A stretch of DNA of 64,000 nt, from NCBI GenBank assembly GCA_964506225.1, contig CAZDKH010000010.1, forward strand, positions 23,019-87,018. Direction: 5' to 3'. This stretch comes from an uncultured Gammaproteobacteria bacterium (GTDB lineage: Bacteria; Patescibacteriota; Microgenomatia; UBA8517). A model generated the notes under the pieces. The model was not told the DNA's origin and did no database searches. It saw only the letters and a list, made by a program, of their open reading frames with translations. Both the position numbers and the translations under genes were made by a program. Positions 35,617 through 44,406 of this stretch are shown here, in pieces. Within the stretch, counting starts at the first letter, position 1. The number at the start of each line of letters is the position of its first letter.

Positions 35617-35640
35617 AAAAAAAAGACCCTTGCGGGTCTT
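35617..35640 (-). terminator. Rho-independent terminator-like hairpin 2 nt upstream of the start codon of the 34133..35614 gene
   Basis: The minus strand reads AAGACCC-GCAA-GGGTCTT followed by a T-tract of 8 T's in total. That is a 7-bp stem with a GNRA tetraloop. The sequence then continues AT-ATG (start at 35614). Confidence 0.75.
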
Positions 35641-35713
35641 CTTTGATAAATAATTTTTGATTTATAGTTTTTCCAGAGTTCCCCTAATGCCATAAAATAA
35701 TCTCTAAAATTTT

Positions 35714-35742
35714 AATCTAGAGATTTTCTAAAAAAGTGTCAA
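35714..35742 (-). promoter_or_regulatory. Candidate promoter TTGACA-17-TAGATT (minus strand) for the leader/aaRS-like gene
   Basis: On the minus strand, TTGACA is at 35742-35737 and TAGATT at 35719-35714, with a 17-nt spacer. An 8-bp inverted repeat, AATCTCTA/TAGAGATT, overlaps the -10 box and the predicted TSS. Confidence 0.45.
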
Positions 35743-35775
35743 GTGGAAAAATTGAGTTTTTGGGTTTTATTAGTC

Positions 35776-35804
35776 TTGACAATTCGTGAAAACGGTATCA
35801 GAAT
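35776..35804 (+). promoter_or_regulatory. Candidate dcw (mraZ) promoter TTGACA-17-CAGAAT
   Basis: TTGACA at 35776-35781, a 17-nt spacer, then CAGAAT at 35799-35804. It is divergent from the minus-strand promoter. Confidence 0.45.
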
Positions 35805-35834
35805 GGTGATAAGTGGTGCAAAGTGGTGAAAAGT
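35801..35834 (+). promoter_or_regulatory. 10-bp-phased GTGGTG direct repeats, candidate MraZ operator
   Basis: The sequence reads gaatGGTGat / aaGTGGTGca / aaGTGGTGaa / aaGTaattta, in units of exactly 10 bp. The array lies between the -10 box and the mraZ ATG (35840). Confidence 0.6.
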
Positions 35835-35839
35835 AATTT

Positions 35840-36283
35840 ATGTTTATTGGACAGTATGAAGCGGTTCTGGGAGAGAAAAATAGAATCGCTATACCCAAAA
35901 AGTTTAGAAACGAGCTTGGTGAAAAATTTATCATAGCAAAGTGGTATGAGGGTTGTTTGGTCCTAGTTTCGGGGAAATATTGGAGTGCACTTTTAGAAAA
36001 GCTAAGGGGTAGATCAAAAATTATAACCTTGCCGGTTAGAGACACAGACAGGTTTATCCTGGGTTCAGCCTATGAAGTTGAGCCAGATTCTCAGGGAAGG
36101 GTGGTTCTTCCCGAGAAGTTGGTAAAATACGCGTCTCTTAAAAATGAGGTGAGCTTTTTGGGGCTTGGAGACAGAATTGAGATCTGGGATAAAGTTCTTT
36201 GGGAAAAGCGAGAAAAATTTATCTCAGAAAATGCCGAAAAGTTGGTCGAGAAATTAGCACAGATAAGTGATGGCCAAAAGTAA
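35840..36283 (+). CDS. mraZ: Transcriptional regulator MraZ
   Basis: 'MFIGQYEAVLGEKNRIAIPKKFR' and a second SpoVT/AbrB-like half, 'DSQGRVVLPEKL'. It is the first gene of the dcw cluster. Confidence 0.95.
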   Translation: MFIGQYEAVLGEKNRIAIPKKFRNELGEKFIIAKWYEGCLVLVSGKYWSALLEKLRGRSKIITLPVRDTDRFILGSAYEVEPDSQGRVVLPEKLVKYASLKNEVSFLGLGDRIEIWDKVLWEKREKFISENAEKLVEKLAQISDGQK

Positions 36284-37178
36284 TCTGGTACACAAAAGTG
36301 TTCTTTTAAAGGAAAGTATTAATTTTTTGCACATTGAAAGTAAAGCTCGGTATATAGATGCAACCCTAGGAGTTGGTGGTCATAGTATAGAAATTTTAAG
36401 ACGAGGGGGGAAATTATTGGGAATTGAGCAAGATCCTGAAATTTTGAAAATTGCCCAAAAAAATATTAGGTTAGCCTGCCCTGCCACTGAGAAAAATTCT
36501 CGGTGGTTTTACAAACTAGTTCAGGGTAATTTTAAAAACGTAAGATCAATTGCTCAGGAAAATGGTTTTGACCCCTGTCAGGGAATCTTGGCCGATTTGG
36601 GGATATCAAGTTTGCATTATGAGCAAAGTGGGCGCGGTTTTTCCTTTAATAAACCTGATGAGCCTTTGGATATGAGGCTTGACCCCAAAGTTCAGGCAGT
36701 AAAAGCCTCGGATTTACTTAATAGTCTTGGGAAAAAAGATTTGGTTGACACATTTGAGTTTGTAATGGGAAAGGCTCTTGCCAAGTGGCTAGCTTACGAG
36801 GTTATCAAGGCTAGAGAAAAAAAGAAAATTGAAAAAGTCGGGGACCTTCTAAGAATTGTTCAAAGGTTACACTTAAGGCCAAAAGATATTCACCCAGCCA
36901 CCAAACCCTTTATGGCTCTTCGGATACGTGTTAACTCCGAGCTTGAAAATTTAAGCATTTTTCTCCCTAATGCCTTCGAATTATTGGTAAAAGGGGGAAG
37001 AATGGCCATAATCAGTTTTCACTCCGCTGAAGATAGGATTGTCAAGCGGTTTAGTAAAGCGTATGCAGAAAGTTTAAAGGTTTTAACCAGAAAACCGGTT
37101 TTTCCCAGTTCACGGGAGATAAAAGAAAACCCTCGTTCGCGAAGTGCGAGATTAAGGGTTTTTGAAAAAATAATTTGA
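36270..37178 (+). CDS. rsmH: 16S rRNA (cytosine1402-N4)-methyltransferase RsmH
   Basis: 'HKSVLLKESINFL...YIDATLGVGGHS', 'DLGISSLHYEQSGRGFSF', 'SFHSAEDRIVK' and 'ENPRSRSARLR'. Confidence 0.95.
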   Translation: MAKSNLVHKSVLLKESINFLHIESKARYIDATLGVGGHSIEILRRGGKLLGIEQDPEILKIAQKNIRLACPATEKNSRWFYKLVQGNFKNVRSIAQENGFDPCQGILADLGISSLHYEQSGRGFSFNKPDEPLDMRLDPKVQAVKASDLLNSLGKKDLVDTFEFVMGKALAKWLAYEVIKAREKKKIEKVGDLLRIVQRLHLRPKDIHPATKPFMALRIRVNSELENLSIFLPNAFELLVKGGRMAIISFHSAEDRIVKRFSKAYAESLKVLTRKPVFPSSREIKENPRSRSARLRVFEKII

Positions 37179-37182
37179 AGAT

Positions 37183-37461
37183 ATGAATAAAAAATATATC
37201 AAAATATTTATAGCTTTTCTTGGATTTTTATTGGTGGTTACCGTTTTTCTTGCTATTGAGTCTGCAGGGAATGGTTCAAAGCTTTACTATCTTGAGAAAG
37301 AAAGGACAAGGCTTGAAGAAGAAAACAGGCAATTAAAAACTGAGTTGATTGCAAAAACCTCTCTTACAAAGATAGAGGAAATTGCATTATCTTTGGGCAT
37401 GAAAAAATCAGAAGATATAATTTACATAGATTCTGAAGTCCCTATTGCTAAACTGCCTTAG
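37183..37461 (+). CDS. ftsL: FtsL-like cell division protein
   Basis: 92 aa with one TM helix followed by a coiled-coil ('LEKERTRLEEENRQLKTEL'). It sits in the canonical position between rsmH and ftsI. Confidence 0.6.
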   Translation: MNKKYIKIFIAFLGFLLVVTVFLAIESAGNGSKLYYLEKERTRLEEENRQLKTELIAKTSLTKIEEIALSLGMKKSEDIIYIDSEVPIAKLP

Positions 37462-37473
37462 AAGATTTAATGA

Positions 37474-39192
37474 ATGAAGAAAGACGCAAGGCTTCAACTT
37501 CTTGGAATATTTTTGGCAATCTCTTCTGTGGTCCTTTTGGGCAGGCTTTTTTTCTGGCAGGTTTTAAAGGGAAGTGAACTTTCTACCCAAGCTCGTTTTC
37601 AGTATCAGACGCGCGATATCCTCTTTGCACCACGGGGCAGCATCTTAGCTAAAGATAGTACATGGTTAGCAGCAAGTGAGGAGGCTTATCTGGTGTTTGC
37701 CTTTAAGCCGGATATTAAGAGGACTCCTCGGGAAATAGCCAATCTCTTGGCGCATTTTTTTGTTGAGGATTCGCAAAACCAGCAACAATTATTGAACGAG
37801 GCGATGAGAATTGAGGGTTTGCTTTCTCGAGAGGATGTTGTTTGGATACCCCTGAAACGTAAAGTTTCAAAAACCGTAAAAGAAAGTATTGCCAGCCTTA
37901 ATATTGACGGAATTGGCTTTGAAAAAGAAGAAAAAAGATTTTATCCAGAGGGTTCTTCTGCGGCTAACCTCTTGGGATTTGTCGGAAAAGATAAAGACGG
38001 TAATGATAAAGGTTACTTTGGCCTTGAGGGTTATTGGGATCTTTCACTTTCGGGTAAACATGGTTTTGTTGAGCGTGAATCTGATGCCAGGGGAAATCCA
38101 ATTCTTTTTGGAGAAACAAAAGAGACTCCAGCCGTAGGAGGTATTGACCTTGTTACACATATTGATAAAGCTGTCCAACGAGTAGCTGAGGAAAAATTAC
38201 AAAAGGGTATTCAAAAATATGGTGCAAAAGGAGGACTGGTTGTAGTTATGAACCCGACAGATGGGGGAGTCATGGCAATAGCGGTTTCGCCCTCTTATGA
38301 CCCAAAGACTTATCAGAAATTTTCAGACGAGCTTTTTAGAAATCCGGCTATTTCTGATTCCTTTGAACCCGGTTCTATTATCAAGCCGCTGGTTATGGCA
38401 GCTGCACTTGACAAGAAAGTGGTGGACATGGACACAAAGTGTGATATTTGCTCAGGGCCAGTCAAGATTGATAGATACATGATTGAAACTTGGGACAAGA
38501 AATATTATCCGGACTCTACAATGGTTGATATCATAGTTCATTCAGATAACGTTGGAATGACTTTTGTTGCTCAAAAACTTGGTGCCGATGCCCTATATGA
38601 TTATTTTAAAGCTTTTGGTTTTACGGAAATTACTGGCATTGATCTTCAGGGTGAAGCAAATATACCCCTGCGTGCAAAAGGAAAGTGGAGCAGTATAGAT
38701 TTAGCAACTGCTTCTTTTGGCCAAGGAATTGCTTTAACTCCTATTCAGATAGTTAGAGCTTTTGCAGCTATTGCTAATGGAGGTTTTTTGGTTAAGCCGC
38801 AGGTTGTTGACAAAATTCAAAAGGGTAGTTGGAGCCAGGATTTGAAAGTTGAAGCACAACATCGTGTTTTATCTGAGGAGACAACCCTTAAGGTTAAAGA
38901 AATGATGGTTGCTGCTGTTAAAAATGGCGAAGCTAAATGGACTGCTACCCGAGGATTCAGAATTGCTGGAAAAACTGGTACCGCCCAAATACCCATATCT
39001 GGTCATTATGACGAGGAGAAAACGATAGCCTCTTTTGTGGGATTTGCGCCGGCTGATAAGCCAAAATTCGTGATGCTGGTTACTCTACGGGAGCCAAGCA
39101 GTTCTCCTTGGGGTTCAGAGACTGCTGCTCCTTTGTGGTTCGATATTGCCAAGGAGCTTTTCTTTTATTTTGGAATTAGACCAGAATCTTAA
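37474..39192 (+). CDS. ftsI: Class B penicillin-binding protein (FtsI/PBP3-type transpeptidase)
   Basis: N-terminal TM helix, SxxK ('GSIIKP'), SxN ('HSDNVG') and KTG ('GKTGTAQ'). Confidence 0.9.
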   Translation: MKKDARLQLLGIFLAISSVVLLGRLFFWQVLKGSELSTQARFQYQTRDILFAPRGSILAKDSTWLAASEEAYLVFAFKPDIKRTPREIANLLAHFFVEDSQNQQQLLNEAMRIEGLLSREDVVWIPLKRKVSKTVKESIASLNIDGIGFEKEEKRFYPEGSSAANLLGFVGKDKDGNDKGYFGLEGYWDLSLSGKHGFVERESDARGNPILFGETKETPAVGGIDLVTHIDKAVQRVAEEKLQKGIQKYGAKGGLVVVMNPTDGGVMAIAVSPSYDPKTYQKFSDELFRNPAISDSFEPGSIIKPLVMAAALDKKVVDMDTKCDICSGPVKIDRYMIETWDKKYYPDSTMVDIIVHSDNVGMTFVAQKLGADALYDYFKAFGFTEITGIDLQGEANIPLRAKGKWSSIDLATASFGQGIALTPIQIVRAFAAIANGGFLVKPQVVDKIQKGSWSQDLKVEAQHRVLSEETTLKVKEMMVAAVKNGEAKWTATRGFRIAGKTGTAQIPISGHYDEEKTIASFVGFAPADKPKFVMLVTLREPSSSPWGSETAAPLWFDIAKELFFYFGIRPES

Positions 39193-39235
39193 AAATTGCC
39201 GAAAAATTGATTGGCTGTGTTAAAATAAATAATCT

Positions 39236-40504
39236 ATGTCTAAACTTATAGTTTCAGGAGAAAGGACGCTGTCAGGAAAAGTAAGACTATCGGGTAATAA
39301 AAATTCTGCACTTAAATTGATAGCTGCCAGCCTTCTTTCAGATACTCCGACTACTCTAGTCAATATGCCCAGAATCACAGACGTTTCGGTTATGTGTGAG
39401 ATTGTCAAAGATCTTGGCGCCAAAGTAGAGGGGGTTGGTACAAATAAAATTAGAATAGACCCATCCGGTGTAAATAAATATATTATCAAAAAGGGTCTGT
39501 CAGGAAGAATAAGAACAGCCCCGCTTTTGATAGCTCCCCTCCTTTTAAGATTTGGTTGTGCCCAAATTTCCACCCCTGGGGGTTGTTCGATAGGTAAAAG
39601 ACTTTTATCAACGCATTTTTCTTTACTTAAGTCAATGGGGGCCAAAATCACAAAAAAAGGGGACGGATACTTTATAAAATTTAACCCCAAACCCAGATTT
39701 CGTGAAGTTTTTTTAGAGGAGGCTTCGGTTACGGCGACTGAACTTGGTCTATTGTTGGCATCTGGTATAAAATCAGAAACGATAATTCTAGATGCCGCCT
39801 GTGAACCACACGTTGAAGATTTAGCTTTGATGTTGACCAAAATGGGTGCCAGAATAGAAGGGGCTGGAACAAATAGTATCAAGATAGTTGGAGCCGGAAA
39901 TTTAAAAGGAACAACACACGAGGTTATTCCTGACTATATTGAAGCTGGCACATGGGCTATTGCATCCGCTATTACCCACGGAAACGTAAAGATTGAGGGG
40001 GTTAGGAAAGAAGATTTAAGAATGATTTGTTGTTACTTTGATCATCTTAATATAAAGTATTCCTTTCCTGGGGAGAATATTTGGGAGATTAAACCATCGA
40101 ATCTTAGATTTGATGGTCAAATCAAGGAATTTCAGACAAGACCATGGCCAGGTTTTCCTACAGATTTAATGAGTCCGCTTATAGTTGCAGCCACACAAGC
40201 AGAGGGGCAGGTGGTTTGTCATGACTGGATGTTTGAATGGAGGATATTTTTTGTTGATGATCTTATCTCCATGGGGGCAAAAATTATTATCGCGGATCCC
40301 CACAGAGTATTTATTGTCGGTCCTGTTAAATTGAGGGGGGCTGAGATGATTTCTAAGGATATCAGGGCGGGCATGGCAATTGTCTTGGCGGCACTGGCAG
40401 CTAGGGGTAAAAGTGTTATTGACAATTTTGATGTTATTGAAAGAGGCTACGAGGATCTTGAATTGAAACTCACTAGCCTTGGAGCTGAAGTAGAGAAAAG
40501 ATGA
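39236..40504 (+). CDS. murA: UDP-N-acetylglucosamine 1-carboxyvinyltransferase
   Basis: 'LSGKVRLSGNKNSALKLIAASLL', 'GGCSIGKRLLSTH' (catalytic Cys loop) and 'IERGYEDLELKLTSLGA'. Confidence 0.95.
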   Translation: MSKLIVSGERTLSGKVRLSGNKNSALKLIAASLLSDTPTTLVNMPRITDVSVMCEIVKDLGAKVEGVGTNKIRIDPSGVNKYIIKKGLSGRIRTAPLLIAPLLLRFGCAQISTPGGCSIGKRLLSTHFSLLKSMGAKITKKGDGYFIKFNPKPRFREVFLEEASVTATELGLLLASGIKSETIILDAACEPHVEDLALMLTKMGARIEGAGTNSIKIVGAGNLKGTTHEVIPDYIEAGTWAIASAITHGNVKIEGVRKEDLRMICCYFDHLNIKYSFPGENIWEIKPSNLRFDGQIKEFQTRPWPGFPTDLMSPLIVAATQAEGQVVCHDWMFEWRIFFVDDLISMGAKIIIADPHRVFIVGPVKLRGAEMISKDIRAGMAIVLAALAARGKSVIDNFDVIERGYEDLELKLTSLGAEVEKR

Positions 40505-41844
40505 AGATTATTCACTTCATGGGAATTGGTGGAAGTGGAATTTCTGCAGCAGCAGTTTTGGCGAAATCTCAAAACTTTCAAGTCACCGGTTGTGACGAGT
40601 TAAAATCAACTCCTTATTTAGATAAGGTCAGACACTCGGGAATTAAAGTTTATTTTGAGCATAGTGAGAAACATCTTGAGAACATAGACCTTTTGGTTAT
40701 TACCCCAGCAGTCTTGAAAAGAAATATTCCAGAGATTAAAAAAGCAAAGAAAGTTATCACCTGGCAAAGATTTGTTGGTGAGTATCTTCAAAAAGGCAAA
40801 AAGGTTATTTGCATTTCAGGCACTCACGGAAAGTCAACTACCACAGCTATGGCTGCTTGTCTTTTGGAAGATGCAAAATTTAATCCTTGGGCATTGGTTG
40901 GAGCGACAGTTAAAAAATGGAAAACCAATTATAGAGTCGGTAAAAGCAAATATTTTATTACAGAGGCAGATGAGTACAACAATAATTTTTTAAACTACAA
41001 CCCGAGTGTGATTATCCTAAATAACATTGAGATGGATCATCCTGATTTTTTCAAAGATAAGGGCGAACTTCTTAATAGTTTCAAAAAACACATAAAAAAT
41101 TTAATTGGAGAAAAACTTTTGATTGTCAATTGGGATGATAAAGGAGTGAGAAAGCTTCTTGAAAAAAATCCCCCAGGAGTCAATCTTCTAAAGTACGGCA
41201 TTAACGGAAACTGCGAATATATTGCCAAGAATATCATTCTAGGTAAAAATTTTTCTTTTTTTGAGGTTGATGGACTAAGTTATAAACTGCAGTTACCGGG
41301 AGCTTATAATATTTCCAATGCATTGGGAGTTATCGCACTTGGTAAATTTTTGAAAATTAAGGACGAGATAATACAAAAATCCTTGGCAAAATTTGAAGGG
41401 GTTGAAAGAAGAATGGATTTAATCGGCCACTGGAGGGGAATTAAAATTTATGATGATTATGCTCATCACCCGACAGCGATAAGGGTTACCCTTGATGCTT
41501 TGAAACAAAAACACCCCCATGCAAGAATTTGGGCAATAGTTGAGCCGCATTCCTACTCCAGAACCAAAACCTTGTTGCCTTATTATAAGAATTGTTTTTT
41601 CAGTGCTTCTCTAGTAATAATCACAAAAATTTTCAAAGCCAGAGATACTCAGGATTTTGGTGTTAGCGGGCAAGATATAGTTCGTGTTTCCAGACACAAA
41701 AACATTCGCTATATTGCGGATTTTAAGAGTGTTGCCGAATATTTTTGGCAAAATGCAAAAAAGAAAGATGTGGCCATAGTTATGGGAGCTGGAGAAAGTT
41801 ATAAATTGGCGAGGATGTTATTAAAAAAAAATTATGCGAATTGA
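40501..41844 (+). CDS. murC: UDP-N-acetylmuramate--L-alanine ligase
   Basis: 'HFMGIGGSGISAAA', 'ISGTHGKSTTTAM' and 'DDYAHHPTAI'. Confidence 0.95.
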   Translation: MKIIHFMGIGGSGISAAAVLAKSQNFQVTGCDELKSTPYLDKVRHSGIKVYFEHSEKHLENIDLLVITPAVLKRNIPEIKKAKKVITWQRFVGEYLQKGKKVICISGTHGKSTTTAMAACLLEDAKFNPWALVGATVKKWKTNYRVGKSKYFITEADEYNNNFLNYNPSVIILNNIEMDHPDFFKDKGELLNSFKKHIKNLIGEKLLIVNWDDKGVRKLLEKNPPGVNLLKYGINGNCEYIAKNIILGKNFSFFEVDGLSYKLQLPGAYNISNALGVIALGKFLKIKDEIIQKSLAKFEGVERRMDLIGHWRGIKIYDDYAHHPTAIRVTLDALKQKHPHARIWAIVEPHSYSRTKTLLPYYKNCFFSASLVIITKIFKARDTQDFGVSGQDIVRVSRHKNIRYIADFKSVAEYFWQNAKKKDVAIVMGAGESYKLARMLLKKNYAN

Positions 41845-42856
41845 AGAAAATGTCAAATTAGCGCCTTTAACTACTTTTAGAATTGGGGGTAGGGCACGCT
41901 TTTTTATTAAAATAAAAAAAGAAGATGAACTCAGAAATGCTTTTGAATTTACCAAGTCCAAGAAGCTACCAATTTTTGTATTGGGTGGTGGAAGCAATGT
42001 TTTAATAAGCGACAAGGGTTTTCCCGGAGTGGTTATTCAACTTCAAAATAAGAAAATTGTTTTTTCCTCTCTTAAAAAAAGCTGTTTAGTGAAGGCTGAT
42101 GCCGGTGTAATTTGGGATGATCTTGTGGAAAAGACGGTTAAAAGAAATTTACAAGGGATAGAGTGTTTATCTGGTATTCCCGGTACAGTTGGTGCGGCGC
42201 CAGTCCAAAACATAGGGGCCTATGGTCAAGAGTTGAAAGACGTGTTTGTAAGTTTAAAAGCATTCGATACAAAAAAAGAAAAGTTTGTAATTATGAATAA
42301 AAAAGATTGCAAATTTTCTTACCGCCAAAGCGTTTTCAAAAAAGAAAATGCTAGATTTGTAATCATTAATATTACTTTAAAACTTTTTAAAAACAAAAAA
42401 CCAACTCTAACTTATGAATCGCTTGTTAATTTTTTGAAAGAGAAGGGAATTAAAAAGCCCTCTTTACAAGATGCCAGAAAAGCAGTTCTAATGTTGAGAT
42501 CTCAAAGACTGGAAGATTATCAGGGCCACGGAAATGCTGGTTCTTTTTTCAAAAATCCAGTTGTTAGTAAGAAATTTTTTCTTAGCCTTAAGGAAAAATA
42601 CCCCGATATCCCTTTTTTCTTTACCGAAGACAAAAAGGTTAAACTTTTTGCCGGTTGGCTTATTGAACAGGCAGGCTGGAAAGGGAAAGTTTACGGCAAT
42701 GTTGGAGTATCGGACAAAAATGCCTTGGTTTTACTTAACCGGAATGGAAAGGGAAAAGCAAGAGAAGTAAAAAGACTTGCAAATCTTATACAAAAGGATG
42801 TCAAGAAAAAATTTGGAGTAATTCTTGAACCTGAAGTTTGCTACATAAGTTTTTAA
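41834..42856 (+). CDS. murB: UDP-N-acetylenolpyruvoylglucosamine reductase
   Basis: 'LAPLTTFRIGGRARFF', 'VLGGGSNVLISD', 'GIPGTVGAAPVQNIGAYG' and 'AGSFFKNP'. Confidence 0.9.
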   Translation: MRIEENVKLAPLTTFRIGGRARFFIKIKKEDELRNAFEFTKSKKLPIFVLGGGSNVLISDKGFPGVVIQLQNKKIVFSSLKKSCLVKADAGVIWDDLVEKTVKRNLQGIECLSGIPGTVGAAPVQNIGAYGQELKDVFVSLKAFDTKKEKFVIMNKKDCKFSYRQSVFKKENARFVIINITLKLFKNKKPTLTYESLVNFLKEKGIKKPSLQDARKAVLMLRSQRLEDYQGHGNAGSFFKNPVVSKKFFLSLKEKYPDIPFFFTEDKKVKLFAGWLIEQAGWKGKVYGNVGVSDKNALVLLNRNGKGKAREVKRLANLIQKDVKKKFGVILEPEVCYISF

Positions 42857-42858
42857 AA

Positions 42859-44406
42859 ATGGCCAAAGTCAAAAAGAAGCTTTTTAGGTTTATCGAAATT
42901 TTACCACAAAAAAAGGTGTTTGGTTCAGAGGATATTTTTATTACAGGCGTTTCAGATGATTCTCGAAAAGTGCAAAAAGGTAATCTTTTTGTTGCAATTT
43001 CAGGTTTTACGCTTGACGCACACAAATTTATCCCAGAGGCTATAAGAAAAGGTGCGTCTGTTGTTGTTGGAGAAAAAGAACCTCAAAAAAGTTGGCTTAA
43101 GGCAATAACCTATATAAAAGTTTCAAATTCCCGAGAAGCCTTGTCTTATCTTGCATCTTTTTGGTATGGACAACCAGCAAAGAAATTAAAGGTTATCGGA
43201 GTAACCGGCACTGACGGTAAAACAACGACTGCCAATATGATTAAGGCAATTTTGGAAGGATCGGGGAGAAAGGTTGGTCTTATCTCAACTATTGGTGCTG
43301 AAATTAGTAAAAAAGTTTATGAAACAGGCGCCCACGTAACCAATCCCGAGCCGCTTGAACTGCAGAAAATTTTGAATTTAATGGTTATGGCAAGATGTAC
43401 TTATTGCGTGATGGAAGTAACTTCCCAAGGTATTGACCAGCAAAGAATTGCTGGAGTGGATTTTGACACAGCCGTACTGACCAATATTACCCCCGAGCAT
43501 CTTTTTTATCACAAAACTTTTGAAACTTACAGAGATACAAAGCTTAAGCTTTTTCAAAAAGCAAAAAACGCTGTTTTGAATAAGGACGATTCCAGTTTTC
43601 CTATTTTTACAAAAAGAATTTCCCCAATAACAAATATATATACTTATTCTCTAAAACAGAAAGCTGACTTTTGGGCTGATAAAATTCAGGAAAATGCCAA
43701 AGTTTCCTTTCAACTAAATTATAAAAATAAAAAGATTGATATTAATCTTAATTTCCCGGGCCAGTTTAATGTGGCAAATGCTCTGGCCGCAATAGCGGCC
43801 TCCAGAATTTATAAAATACCTTTTAGAATAATAAAGAAAGCTTTGCAGGATTTTCGTCTTCCCGAGGGAAGGCTAGAAGAAATCAAGAACCAAAAAGGTA
43901 TAAAAATCTTCATAGATTTTGCTCACACACCGAATGCTTTGCAGAATGTATTAACAACCCTACGCCCCAAAACTAATGCTAAGTTAATTGTAGTTTTCGG
44001 ATGTGCCAGTGAGCGAGACGATAGCAAACGTCCGGTAATGGGAGAGATTGCTGGTAGGATAGCTGATTTTACTGTCTTGACAAGTGAAGACCCCAGAAAT
44101 GAAAGTATCGCAAGAATTATCGAAGAAATTGCAGCCGGAGCTAAAAGAGGGGGTGCAATGGAAGTTGATGAGGGGAAGTTTAATAGTTCGAACCATCAAA
44201 CCAGAGGGAATTACTTTCTGAAAATTCCAGATAGAGGTGAAGCAATATATTTTGCAATTAATAAAATTGCTCAAAAAGGTGACCTTGTGGTGATTTGTGG
44301 AAAAGGGCATGAAAAAAGTATGAATATCAAAGGAATAGAGTACCCATGGAGTGATAGAAAGGCAGTTACGATGGCTCTTGGTGGGAAAGTTAAAAAAATA
44401 TCATGA
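42859..44406 (+). CDS. murE: UDP-MurNAc-L-Ala-D-Glu--2,6-diaminopimelate (or L-Lys) ligase MurE
   Basis: 'VTGTDGKTTTANM', 'GCASERDDSKRPVMG' and 'TSEDPRNE'. The Arg retained in the DNPR-like motif suggests the meso-DAP type, but this is inference. ATG 42859 was preferred over the track start at 42838. Confidence 0.9.
   Translation: MAKVKKKLFRFIEILPQKKVFGSEDIFITGVSDDSRKVQKGNLFVAISGFTLDAHKFIPEAIRKGASVVVGEKEPQKSWLKAITYIKVSNSREALSYLASFWYGQPAKKLKVIGVTGTDGKTTTANMIKAILEGSGRKVGLISTIGAEISKKVYETGAHVTNPEPLELQKILNLMVMARCTYCVMEVTSQGIDQQRIAGVDFDTAVLTNITPEHLFYHKTFETYRDTKLKLFQKAKNAVLNKDDSSFPIFTKRISPITNIYTYSLKQKADFWADKIQENAKVSFQLNYKNKKIDINLNFPGQFNVANALAAIAASRIYKIPFRIIKKALQDFRLPEGRLEEIKNQKGIKIFIDFAHTPNALQNVLTTLRPKTNAKLIVVFGCASERDDSKRPVMGEIAGRIADFTVLTSEDPRNESIARIIEEIAAGAKRGGAMEVDEGKFNSSNHQTRGNYFLKIPDRGEAIYFAINKIAQKGDLVVICGKGHEKSMNIKGIEYPWSDRKAVTMALGGKVKKIS

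Noticed and set aside
35615-35840. Whether the leader of the aaRS-like gene is a T-box or a preQ1-I riboswitch. The prompts were an 'ATTAGGGG' string, an A-rich 'GGAAAAACTA' tail and a terminator next to an aaRS-like gene.
   Set aside because: A T-box needs a long Stem I with a specifier loop and the conserved 14-nt T-box sequence pairing into an antiterminator. Only about 90 nt separate the predicted TSS from the terminator, and I cannot build those elements. The preQ1-like resemblance is limited to the A-rich tail, and the only AGAG/CTCT stem would enclose a 24-nt loop. No known riboswitch class can be assigned by eye.
39207-39235. TTGATT-17-TAATCT promoter-like motif directly upstream of murA.
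   Set aside because: The -10 hexamer abuts the ATG at 39236. The predicted TSS would therefore fall inside the coding sequence, so the motif cannot serve murA as annotated. It is probably a chance AT-rich match.
39220-39882. 220-aa minus-strand ORF antisense to murA.
   Set aside because: It lies entirely inside the strongly supported murA frame. The translation is low-complexity (Ser/Pro/Ile/Leu-rich) with no recognisable motifs. This is a typical shadow ORF in an AT-rich genome.
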